This document shows, in pieces, positions 17,948 through 27,051 of a stretch of 32,000 nucleotides of DNA. The position numbers and the translations under genes are program-made. The DNA is from Candidatus Saccharimonadota bacterium. GTDB taxonomy: Bacteria; Patescibacteriota; Gracilibacteria; BD1-5; UBA2023. Location: the NCBI GenBank assembly GCA_963706795.1, contig OY970170.1, forward strand, positions 150,001 through 182,000. Direction: 5' to 3'. The notes beneath the pieces are model-generated. The model worked only from the letters and a program-made list of their open reading frames with translations. It was not told where the DNA came from and searched no databases. Position 1 is the stretch's first letter, and every line of letters starts with the position of its first letter.

Positions 17948-18313
17948 ATGAACGCAAACCTCCTCGTCATGAAGAAAGGAAACATTCCATTCCTTTCCTC
18001 CCGCAAAACCACACGTGAAAACTATCGTCTCTCATTCCGCGAGACGTATATTCTCGCCCTCGGCCTCATTGGAATCCTCGGGATTTACTATGTTTTTGTA
18101 CTCAATGTAAACGCGACAAAGGGCTACAATGTCCGCACTCTCGAAATCGCTCGCAAAAACTACGTCACCCAAGAAAACCTCCTCAATATCAAAATCGCTG
18201 AAGCAGAATCCCTCTCCAATCTCTCAAACTCTCCGCTCGTCAATACGATGGAACAGATTGATACACCACGCTATCTCGTACTTAAAGAATCTCTCTTCAC
18301 TTATCAAAAATAG
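17948..18313 (+). CDS. FtsL-like single-pass membrane protein
   Basis: It lies immediately after rsmH. The 121-aa product has one TM (YILALGLIGILGIYYVFVL) followed by a helical segment. The call rests on position and topology only. Confidence 0.5.
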   Translation: MNANLLVMKKGNIPFLSSRKTTRENYRLSFRETYILALGLIGILGIYYVFVLNVNATKGYNVRTLEIARKNYVTQENLLNIKIAEAESLSNLSNSPLVNTMEQIDTPRYLVLKESLFTYQK

Positions 18314-18314
18314 T

Positions 18315-18914
18315 ATGATTGAGACGATCAACAAGATCCTATCACCTATTGAAGCCGGCATACGAACTCATCGCACATGGGTATCGTATGTTTTGCTTAT
18401 TGTGGCATACTGTCCCATCTTGACCTACCTCACGCCTGAGGTTCAAAAGGATCTCGGAGGCATCGCATACTGGCTTCTTTTTATTATCCTCGCACTTCCG
18501 CCACTCTCACGAGTAACGGGGATTAAACTTATTACGCTCATCATGGGCTTTAGGAAGGAGCTGGGAATTTTGATGGGAGTGCTTGTACTGATGCACTATA
18601 CACTCTTTGTAAAACTCATGGGTGGATTTGCAGCGCTCGCAAATATGAATCCTGAGCCATGGTTTATTGCTGGTTTTATAGCCCTCATAACAACTGTGCT
18701 TTTACTCATTACCTCAAATACGTGGTCAATGAAATTGCTCGGTAAATGGTGGAAGAGACTTCATAAAGGAGTCTATCTCATTGCTATCTTGGTCGTAGCC
18801 CATGTGCTTCTCCTCTCGCCTGCTCGTATCGAATACCTCGTACCCGTTATCCTCTACGCAATTATAAAGATTGCTGACCTTGCCTCCGTCCGACTCCATG
18901 CCAGAAATTCTTAA
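18315..18914 (+). CDS. Ferric-reductase-like transmembrane domain protein (MsrQ/YedZ-like)
   Basis: The ATG at 18315 (MIETINK) follows the ftsL-like TAG by 1 nt. The product has about six TM segments, conserved His residues in TM helices (VLMHYTLF, VVAHVLL), and the pattern TSNTWSMKLLGKWWKRLHKGVY. TAA stop. Confidence 0.6.
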   Translation: MIETINKILSPIEAGIRTHRTWVSYVLLIVAYCPILTYLTPEVQKDLGGIAYWLLFIILALPPLSRVTGIKLITLIMGFRKELGILMGVLVLMHYTLFVKLMGGFAALANMNPEPWFIAGFIALITTVLLLITSNTWSMKLLGKWWKRLHKGVYLIAILVVAHVLLLSPARIEYLVPVILYAIIKIADLASVRLHARNS

Positions 18915-19488
18915 AAAACTCTCAGAGCTCATCGGTTTCATGCCTGGAATCGGAGAAAAAACGGCGGTTAAACTCGCCTTTTTTTTGCTGAAGTCACATC
19001 CTTCGTATCTCAAAAATCTCTCTGAGAATATTGCCGAACTTCAAAATTCGGTCCATGAATGCAAGACATGTTTCTCACTCACCGATCGAACTCATGACGA
19101 ATGTGAAATCTGTCGCAATACCACTCGCAATACTGCAGTACTCTGCGTAGTCGAAGATTATCTCGATCTCGTATCTCTCGAGCGACTCGGCATGCACCAT
19201 GGCCGCTACCACGTACTCTGAGGTGTCGTCTCCCCTATTGCCGGCCGAATGCCCTCTGATCTCAAAATCAAAGAGCTCTTCGCTCGCATCAAATCCGAAT
19301 GAGTCGAAGAACTCATCCTCGCCCTCAATCCCAATATCGAGTGAGAAGCCACCTGCCTCTATATCGAGGAACATAATCCAAATAAAGCACTCAAAATCAC
19401 CCGCCTCTCCAAAGGTCTTCCCAATGCTGGATTTATTGAATACGCGGATGAAATCACTCTGATCAATGCGTTTAGGGGGAGGAATTAA
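18898..19488 (+). CDS. recR: Recombination protein RecR; 3 in-frame UGA
   Basis: MPEILKKLSELIGFMPGIGEKTAVKLAF is the HhH motif and CKTC...CEIC the zinc finger. The Toprim region follows: RYHVL[UGA]GVVSPIAG ... [UGA]VEELILALNPNIE[UGA]EATCLYI ... ITRLSKGLPNAGFIEYADEITL. The TGAs are at 19219, 19300 and 19342. The restored length is 196 aa; TAA stop at 19486-19488. Confidence 0.92.
19342..19344 (+). other. Diagnostic UGA=Gly codon in the RecR Toprim motif
   Basis: N-P-N-I-E-TGA-E-A-T corresponds to the conserved E-G-E-A-T motif. TGA 19219-19221 likewise completes HVL-G-G. Confidence 0.9.
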
Positions 19489-19495
19489 ATCTCAT

Positions 19496-19540
19496 AAATA
19501 CTTATTTAAAAACTATTTAAATAAGTATTTATTTTTATAT
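19496..19540 (+). terminator. AT-rich perfect 15-bp hairpin after recR, a likely terminator
   Basis: AAATACTTATTTAAA-AACTA-TTTAAATAAGTATTT is followed by ATTTTTAT. Confidence 0.55.
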
Positions 19541-19584
19541 AAGAGTCCCTATACTTACAGGGTTTATATCGTAACAATCACCGT

Positions 19585-20001
19585 ATGACTTGGTTTATAA
19601 ATTTTGTTTTGGTTTTTGTACTGAGTACTTTTGCGACGAACTATTACGCGCGCAAACAGCTGACTACTCAATTCCCTCTTGCTGCAGTAGTAAAGGTTAC
19701 AGCAATTGCGAGCATACTCACAGCCCTCGTTGGTTTTATACTTGTGAATGTAGTACCGCTTGATGTGCAGCCAGGCAATCTTGAAGCCGGAGGACTAGAA
19801 ACATTCTTCCCATATGTGGTGACCATTATTCAAGTGATTGTATTTTACGCGAGCTATAAATATCTCTCTCAGAAGTTTTTGTCAGTACCACCAGCATCCC
19901 AGAAGAAATTTGCAGAATCTGTCGTTATTTTCGTCGTAGTTATCGAGCTTCTCCTCGGGGCCTTTGTTGTGCCAGCTCTTGTTACAATGCTTACGCGATA
20001 A
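19585..20001 (+). CDS. Hypothetical membrane protein (about 4 TM)
   Basis: The 138-aa product has four hydrophobic segments. TAA stop, followed by an 18-bp hairpin. Confidence 0.6.
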   Translation: MTWFINFVLVFVLSTFATNYYARKQLTTQFPLAAVVKVTAIASILTALVGFILVNVVPLDVQPGNLEAGGLETFFPYVVTIIQVIVFYASYKYLSQKFLSVPPASQKKFAESVVIFVVVIELLLGAFVVPALVTMLTR

Positions 20002-20010
20002 AATTCTCAT

Positions 20011-20052
20011 CACAAATAAAGCACCCAAACGCTCTTGGGTGCTTTATTTGTG
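20011..20052 (+). terminator. Terminator hairpin with a perfect 18-bp stem
   Basis: CACAAATAAAGCACCCAA-ACGCTC-TTGGGTGCTTTATTTGTG. Confidence 0.7.
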
Positions 20053-20114
20053 AGTTGACAAAAATAGTATTTGATTAGATTTATATACGATCAACAAATA
20101 TAGGAGGAATGATC

Positions 20115-20642
20115 ATGGGAACTAAAAAATTGATTGCCAAATTAGCAGTCATTGGAATGATATTGGGCCTGGCAGGATGCGCAGCAGACAACAGCTATCA
20201 GCGAACAGTCGATAGCGGTGGTCGTGCATATGTCCCAACGCCAGTAATCAGTAATCCACGGATCGCCGTCGGCTATGTTGTGTGCCGTGGTAATATCCCT
20301 GGTGAGTTGTATATCAGCGTCGACAACTGTGCTACAACGCGGAGCAGTACTCCAATGCAGGACGTCACAGCCCAGCACCGTGCTGAAAGCAAGTTCTTCG
20401 TCAATCTGATCGCAACTCAGAAACCCAAAGAAACAAAAACCTGGCCATCCATTGTCGACGCGCGTTTTAAAAACACGCTCTACGTCGCCTCTGAATACTG
20501 GGACAAAAAGAAAAAATCGACCTGCCGCAATTTTAAGGCAGTCATCGTAAGTCCGACTTTACAGTCTCTCTACTTCACCGGTTCGGCATGCGCCAAACCG
20601 GACGGAGCATGGGAACTGACAAAGCCAATATCTGATCTCTAA
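20115..20642 (+). CDS. Lipoprotein
   Basis: AGGAGG at 20102-20107 lies 7 nt before ATG 20115; the track start at 20109 is too close to the SD. The product has a signal peptide and lipobox (LAVIGMILGLAGC). TAA stop. Confidence 0.75.
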   Translation: MGTKKLIAKLAVIGMILGLAGCAADNSYQRTVDSGGRAYVPTPVISNPRIAVGYVVCRGNIPGELYISVDNCATTRSSTPMQDVTAQHRAESKFFVNLIATQKPKETKTWPSIVDARFKNTLYVASEYWDKKKKSTCRNFKAVIVSPTLQSLYFTGSACAKPDGAWELTKPISDL

Positions 20643-20656
20643 CAAGGTCAGACTTC

Positions 20657-20686
20657 AAAAAAGAGCAGCTTGCGCTGCTCTTTTTC
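20657..20686. terminator. Bidirectional terminator between the lipoprotein (+) and the SLH gene (-)
   Basis: AAAAAAGAGCAGC-TTGC-GCTGCTCTTTTT. Confidence 0.8.
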
Positions 20687-20699
20687 CTTGTCTTATAAT

Positions 20700-21644
20700 C
20701 TAGAGTTTAAATGCCTTCACGACGACCTTTGCAATCTCAGCACGTGTTATACTGTCAGACGGTCGGAATATGAGTCTTCCAGTAGTTGTGATTTGTCCGT
20801 CAAATATACCTGCTGCCTTTACGGCTTCAACATACATAACGAGACTTGATGAGATGCTCACGTCCGCAAATACACCAGTTGGCGTATGAAGGGTAAGTCC
20901 AAGTGCACCCGCAAGTATCTTTGCTACTTCTGCTCGGCTAATTGGATCATTTGGTCGAAATCTCGTCGCCTGGGAGATGATACCATGTCCAAGTGCGTAA
21001 CTCGCATATGGTGCATACCATTCAGTTTTTGAGACGTCAGTGAATGGATTTGCATTGATAGTTTCGAGCTTCCATCCTGCGGTATTCCCGACTATTTTAA
21101 GGAATTCTGCACGAGTAAGCGTGTCATTTGGACGGAAGAAATCAGTGTTATTAATAATCTTACGAACCGCGAGATTATTAATATAGTCGCTGGCCCAATT
21201 AGAACCTGTGTCCTTAAAAAGAAGCTGTGAAGTACTGAGAACAACTGGAGGAATAGTGACTACCGCTGGCGTAGTAGTCGTAGGTCCATTCGTTGGAGTA
21301 ATCACTGTACCAGAGCTGGTTGTTGTGACTCCAGTAGAAGTTCCTGTCGAGCTAATAAAAATACTCGATCAACCTCCCCCGCCACCCCCTCCCCCGCCTC
21401 CACCACCTCAGGTAGAGACAGCGGCGCAGGCCTGACCAGAGAGTTGGAATCCTGAATTACATGTAATCGCACACGTTGACGCATTTACTGTACCATTTGA
21501 TACAGATGCTGGATTACATGCGAGCGTAAAACCAAGTCCTGTTGATACATCGGATGTTCCGACTGTGCCAACTGACTCACTCGCAAAAGCTGATGTACCC
21601 GAGAGCATCACACACGCAAGAACCAGAAAAAGAATTCGTTTCAT
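20700..21644 (-). CDS. Secreted protein with three C-terminal S-layer homology (SLH) domains and a poly-Gly linker; 2 in-frame UGA
   Basis: Track ORFs 21408..21644 and 20700..21305 share one frame. A signal peptide (MKRILFLVLACVMLSGTSAFA) is followed by a Cys motif (CAITCNSGFQLSGQAC), a 14-Gly run, a T/S/P linker, and three SLH-like units (FKDTGSNWASDYINNL ... TRAEFLKIV; FTDVSKTEWYAPYASYAL ... SRAEVAKIL; FADVSISSSLVMYVEAV ... TRAEIAKVV). TAG stop. Confidence 0.85.
21369..21410 (-). repeat. Poly-glycine coding tract: TGA, 12 GGN codons, TGA (14 Gly)
   Basis: The minus strand reads TGA GGT GGT GGA GGC GGG GGA GGG GGT GGC GGG GGA GGT TGA. All four GGN codons plus UGA occur in one homopolymeric run. 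Confidence 0.85.
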
Positions 21645-21663
21645 AAGATATCTAAAGTAAGGG

Positions 21664-21689
21664 AAAAAGCCGGATTAATCCGGCTTTTT
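21664..21689 (-). terminator. Hairpin terminator between the giant surface gene and the SLH gene
   Basis: AAAAAGCCGGA-TTAA-TCCGGCTTTTT is a symmetric hairpin. A U-run follows it on the minus-strand transcript. Confidence 0.7.
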
Positions 21690-21693
21690 TAAA

Positions 21694-24600
21694 TTATTGT
21701 GTCTGAATTCCGTAACTTGTGGAGTAGGCTCCAGCAGCTCCGGTAGGGATCTTATAGAAAAGATCAATCGTAAATTGTCGTCCACCAGTATTTACATCCG
21801 CATCGAATGCACTAATGCTGACATTCGTTCCATACGCATTCGTCACATCAACGGCTGATCCTGATGCTGTTGCGTAATCCGCTACACCATCCTGAGATAC
21901 TACCATCTTTGTGTTTCCTGCGATAGCAAGCGTACCGACAGTATTTGACCAATCAGCGAGCTTGAGCGATGCCCCAGTCTCTGTGAGTGAGTTGGCAGTG
22001 ACATTAAATCTAAAGTGGTATCCATTGGTGAAGTCACCCGCAACTACTGGAGTTCCATGAGGAATTCGAGCAATCGAATTTACCACGATTCCTGTGTTTG
22101 CTGCAGCCGTCTTAAAGGCCATTGGTACTGAATTTACCGTCTGTCCGTTTGCAGTAAATCGAACCTGATAGTAATACGTCGTATTTGCCGCGAGTCCAGC
22201 AACTGCTGCCGGAGACGCCGCGAGCGTTACCCATGAACCTGAGTATGCAAGGGTTGAGATGCGATACTGACTCGTTGTAGGTAAAACATCGGTTGTATAA
22301 CTGATCACTGCACCCGTGTTTGTAACACTACCAATAGAGAGTCCAGTAATATCTGGAGCTGATGCAGACTGTGTTGTGAAGTAAATCTCTCGTGATTCAG
22401 TTACGAGATTATTTGTTGCATCCTTCACTGCATTTGGCTGAATTGTGATGCGGTATGTAGTGTTGTACTCGAGAGTTCCATATCCAACTTGGATATTATT
22501 CCCTGATACGACAGCAGTACCAACCTTCACGCTTGAAGAGTCAGAAACCTTCTGGATGAGTACCTTTGTCTCATCGGCCATAACGAGAGCTTCGTTATAG
22601 AGAATAGTTCCAGTTCCTGCTGTTACTGAGACACTCGTCGCAGCATTCGAAGGAGCAGAAGAAACAAATACGGGAGCTGAAGCATCAGCCGGAGTATCGG
22701 CATTTACTTGGTACGAAATCGTGAGATTTGCTGTCGTGCTCGTACTCGAAGTGACAATGATGTTATATGTATGTACTCCAATACTCGTCGCTCCAGAGAG
22801 TGTATCAATAGCTACCGTTGCAGCAGGCGCCACTGGAGTTCCATTTACTGTCATGCTCGCAGCATTCGTCGTATCGATCTGAAGTCCAGAACCAAATCGT
22901 GCTGCTGCTGCAGTCGCAGAGTATGCTGAGAGAATCGCAGCACCATTGAGGACGACGGTTGGAGTAATTGTTCCAGAGCCAACAACTACTACACCATTGG
23001 CGAGCGTCCAGTTTCCTGCATTATCCTGAACCTTTGCAATGAAGTTATGTGTTCCTGCAGCGAGATTTGCATCCGTATAGGTCACAGTAAGCGAAGTTGC
23101 TGTTGGGCGAGCTACTGAGGTCTTCAGATCACTCTTTACATCATTTCCGTCGAGTGTGAATTCGATAACGTTTGAAAGCGCAGTCGAATTAAACAGCATA
23201 TTGTCCGCGAATGTGAATACTACCGGAGCTACTGCCGCTACTGTCTGAGCTCCTGCTGGAGTGATACTCATCGTAGTTGGTGCAGTTGTATCGGCAATAG
23301 TTGTAAACTCGTGAGCTGTCTTATTTGTGCTGTCATAGGCTACCGCAAAGGCATTGCCAACGACATCCGTCACGCTCGTATTTACTGCGAAGTAATACTG
23401 AGTTCCTGGCGTGAGATTGTCAGCCGGAGTGAGCGTAACTGTTTGATTGCTGTTTGAGAAAGCACATGTAGCAGCTATCACAGAGTCGTCACTATATTTC
23501 TTGAGCTGAACGTTATTACATCCAACACTGACGCTTCCAGTAGCAATAGGCTCGCTAAAGGTGATAGCTGGAGCAGTTGTTACTGCAACACTTGTCGCAT
23601 TGTCGAGTGGACTGAGTGTAGAAACTGTTGGCGCAGTACTGTCGATCGTAAAGGCAAGATCCGAAATATCATTTGCGGTATTCCCTGCCTGATCAGTAAT
23701 CGTTACTCGCACCTTTGCAGTATTTACATTACTCATTGGAATAGTCCATGCATAGGTTCCATCATTTGCTTCGTTGTTGATAGTTACCGAATCCGTGAAA
23801 TCTCCGAGTGCAGAATAGTCGATGGTCATTGGAGTCGCTCCAAGGTGAGCATCAGTTCCACCTGTCCATGTAATGTTATATCCCGCACCTCCCTTGAGTT
23901 TCTCTCCACCATTTGGAGTGAGAACTGTAGGAGCTGTTGGAGCAGTATTATCTACTGTAACTGTAGCTGTCGAGGCAGTAGAGATATTGCCTGCAGCATC
24001 AATAACAAAGAGATTGTATACACCCTCAGTTGCTGGAGCGAGAATCGTCGTAGCAACTCCATTTGTTGCCTTCGTCATGGTAGCACCTGCAACGAATGTC
24101 GTTGTTCCGCTTGCTGCGAGCCAGACATCATTTGATGCCGTTCCAGAAGTCACAATCGTTACTGAAGCTCCGCCCTGTTTAATAACAGAAGCGGCAAGTA
24201 CTGTATCCTGATTTGTTGGTGCAGTATTATCAGTATTGAGCTGACCTACGAGGTGATATCCAATATTCCCTGCGTTGTCTGCTGCAGTGACACAGAGATA
24301 ATCAGTGTGATCACCCGCAATCGTAAAGTTTGTACCACCTGTAAATGCTGTACCGTAGGTATCAGTCACGTCACAAGTATTGTCAGCACTAAATCCATAT
24401 GCAACCGTCGATGCCTTCACACCAGAGATAGCATCTGAGAGGGTAACATTGATAGTATCAGTCTTCACTGGACCAGCTGCCGTAGCATCTACGTCCGTAA
24501 ATCCTGGTGCTGTATTGTCGATCGAGAATGTATTATTTACTGGCGTGGCAGTGACTACATTTCCTGCTGCGTCCTCTCCAGTTGAGAGCGTAACAGTTGC

Positions 24601-26811
24601 TGTAGCGATATCACCAGCAGGTACGTTGAGATCGTATGTATAATGCGTTGTGTCCACCTTTGTCATGTTTGTAGCCGCAAGAACTGCATTATTGACAGCA
24701 ACCTGCACAATTGGCGCATCCTCAATTGGTTCATTGAAGTTTGCAATAATTCGAAGTGTATCCGCATCTTTTACACCAATGGTTGTACCAGTACTTGTTC
24801 CACCATCTTTTGAATAATAGAGAGTTGCTACTGGTGAAGTGCTATCAACTGTGAGCGTCGCAGTTGAAGCACTTGAGATATTACCCGCAGCATCAAGTAC
24901 GAAGAGCTTGTATGCACCTTCAGTTGCTGGAGCAAGAATAGCGGTCGAAGTTCCATCCGTTGCCTTTGTCATGGTAGCACCCGCAACAAATGTCGTGGTT
25001 CCGCTTGGGGCAAACCATACATTATTTGTTACATCACCCGAGCTGACAATCGTTACAGAAGCTCCTGACTGTTTTGAAACCGAAGCCGCAAAGACAGTAT
25101 TTTGGTTGGTTGGAGCAGTATTATCCGTATTAAGCTGACCAACGAGTTGGTACGCGATATTCCCTGCATTGTCGACAGCCTTCGCACAGAGATAGTCCGT
25201 GTGATCTCCCGCAACTGTGAAGTTCACTCCTCCTGTAAATGCTGTACCGTACGTATCAGTGATATCACAGGTATTATCTGCGCTAAATCCATATGCCGCA
25301 GTACTTGCATTAACACCTGATGTAACATCAGAGAGTGCTAGATTGATCGTATCTGATTTTACTGGACCCGCATCCGTGCCGCTCGTCACTCCAATAACTG
25401 GAGCAACTTGGTCAACCATGAGGGCGCCAGCAGTATTATTAGCGTCCATAACATTACCTGCAAGATCGGTTGTACCAGAGACTTTGATTGCCCCTGAACC
25501 ATCCGTAAATCCGGTAACATCCACGGTTCCCACCCAAGTATTAGCTGAGTTGTCATATCCGTTATTGGTATGAGTACCGTCAACGAGAGCAGTTACTGCA
25601 TGGTCCGCACCATCATTAAATTGAATAGTCGGAGCCACCATTTTATTGATGCCAGAACCTGCCTCAGTAAATGTAACAGTCACCGTAACATTTCCCGCCT
25701 TTGCAGGACTTGGACTTGCCGTTGCTGTAGCAACTACTGGCTTAGTCGTATCCACTACAAAAGTCGTAAGAGTGAGAGGTGAAGACTCATTTCCTGCTTC
25801 ATCCAAGAATGTTGCAGTAAAATTTGCGACACTTCCATCTGGAATAGTGGTAAGAGTGACTGTATTATTTCCCATCGCAGGACTATTGACTGTCTGGAAG
25901 AGAATACCTCCACTATAGACCTTGATCGACTGTCCGCTTGCTTCGGCAACATTGATCACAACGTCTGGAGTATTGTCTGTAGTAGGTGTTGTTACTGGTG
26001 TTGTCTCAGTCGGAGTAGCTGGTGGAGTATTATCAACTGTGAGCCACCCTGGCACAATGCTCGAGACATTACCTGCAGGATCGACAGCAACGATGTCATA
26101 GACACCATCATTGAGACTTGCAGCGAGTGTTACAGTATACGGAGTTGCAGCAGCAGCTCCTGATTTACCAAGGAATGCATTATTTGCAGTAACCGCCGCA
26201 TCGATATTTGCCTGAGAAGCCGCGGCAACGCCGTTTTTCACAAGGTAGATATTTGCGCCTTCGTTCGCCTGAACGGTAGAAGTCGATGTCGATCCACTCT
26301 TGAGGCGCTGAGCCGTATTTGTCGGAGCAGACGCAACAGGAACGGTATTGTCGATAATTACATCGCTGTATGCGGTAGTATTTACGATCGTACCTCCTTT
26401 ATTGAGTCGGAACTGATAATCTGTGTCATCCGTAGTCTGACCAGCTGTTGAGTCAAAGTTTACAGAAGTTGAGCTTGGGAGGGCTGAGGTCGCAATGGTT
26501 ACCCAGCTGCTTCCACCATCGTGGGATGCCTGGACATCAAAAACTGCGGGATCTGTGGTTGTACAATCAATGCCATTGAAGGCCCAAGCTACAGATACCG
26601 TAATTCCTCTTTTTGCACTGCCTGACGCAGGGCTTGTAATCGTCGCATCTCACGCATTACATGTTCCATCGCTCATTGCCGCATTTGCAGTGGAAACCAA
26701 TCCTGGCAACCCAACAAATACCTGAGACGAAATAATTGTAATAACCGAGAGAATAGCCAGAAACTTGCGTTCCAAGCTGGATTCCCCCCTCCTTCTCGTA
26801 ATCGATTTCAT
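21694..26811 (-). CDS. Giant secreted cell-surface protein (1705 aa) built from Ig-like, SbsA_Ig/Big_5-like and FN3 domains; 1 in-frame UGA
   Basis: The frame of track ORF 21694..26241 stays open upstream through TGA 26650-26652 to ATG 26811. An alternative start is TTG 26775, after an internal AGGAGG. The signal peptide reads FLAILSVITIISSQVFVGLPGLVSTANA. Domain junctions of the form [VI]D-x-T-x-P recur (VDNTPP, VDTTKP, VDQVAP, VDSTSP, IDNTAP, VDNTAP, IDSTAP) with D-x-AGN motifs. There are two SbsA_Ig-like units (about 23317-23616 and 22372-22662) and an FN3-like unit (about 22108-22359). No SLH, LPXTG or TM anchor is visible. TAA stop. Confidence 0.85.
23938..24477 (-). repeat. Intragenic duplication, copy B (~180 aa)
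   Basis: AGPVKTDTINVTLSDAISGV ... VTVDNTAP. The similarity to copy A is also visible at nucleotide level. Confidence 0.8.
24835..25371 (-). repeat. Intragenic duplication, copy A (~179 aa)
   Basis: AGPVKSDTINLALSDVTSGV ... LTVDSTSP. By eye, about four-fifths of residues are identical to copy B, which lies 894 nt downstream in the gene. Confidence 0.8.
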
Positions 26812-26954
26812 AGGTGAAAATAAAAAAGTACTACTTTTACTTACTTCACCTCCTTAGCTCCGTGGCGGACAAAGGTACGATTATGTTCTGGAAGTCCGAT
26901 CACGGGAGATACGAAGGTTCCTTCTAACTTCAGAGGATAGATGAAAAAAAACGA

Positions 26955-26983
26955 ATTACAAGAACTTTTAAGGAACATTTCAA
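26955..26983 (-). promoter_or_regulatory. Candidate promoter of the giant surface gene, TTGAAA-N17-TGTAAT on the minus strand
   Basis: On the plus strand the hexamers read ATTACA (26955-26960) and TTTCAA (26978-26983). This implies a ~135-nt leader. Confidence 0.4.
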
Positions 26984-27003
26984 AAAAATTCATTCTAATG
27001 CAA

Positions 27004-27038
27004 TCAAAAAAGCAGGCACTCTCTCGAGTGCCTGCTTT
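27004..27038 (-). terminator. rplA terminator
   Basis: AAAGCAGGCACTC-TCTC-GAGTGCCTGCTTT is a perfect 13-bp stem, followed by TTTTTGA on the minus strand. Confidence 0.8.
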
Positions 27039-27051
27039 AGAAACTGAACAA

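Noticed and set aside
21208-21435. A plus-strand ORF encoding a 13-proline run (PPPPPPPPPPPPP).
   Set aside because: It is the antisense reading of the poly-Gly tract in the SLH gene. It has no start context and overlaps a well-supported minus-strand CDS.
26846-26855. CACCTCCTTA on the plus strand, identical to the 3' end of 16S rRNA.
   Set aside because: It is only 10 nt, with no rRNA-like flanking sequence. It is simply the complement of the AAGGAGGTG SD-like element on the minus strand.
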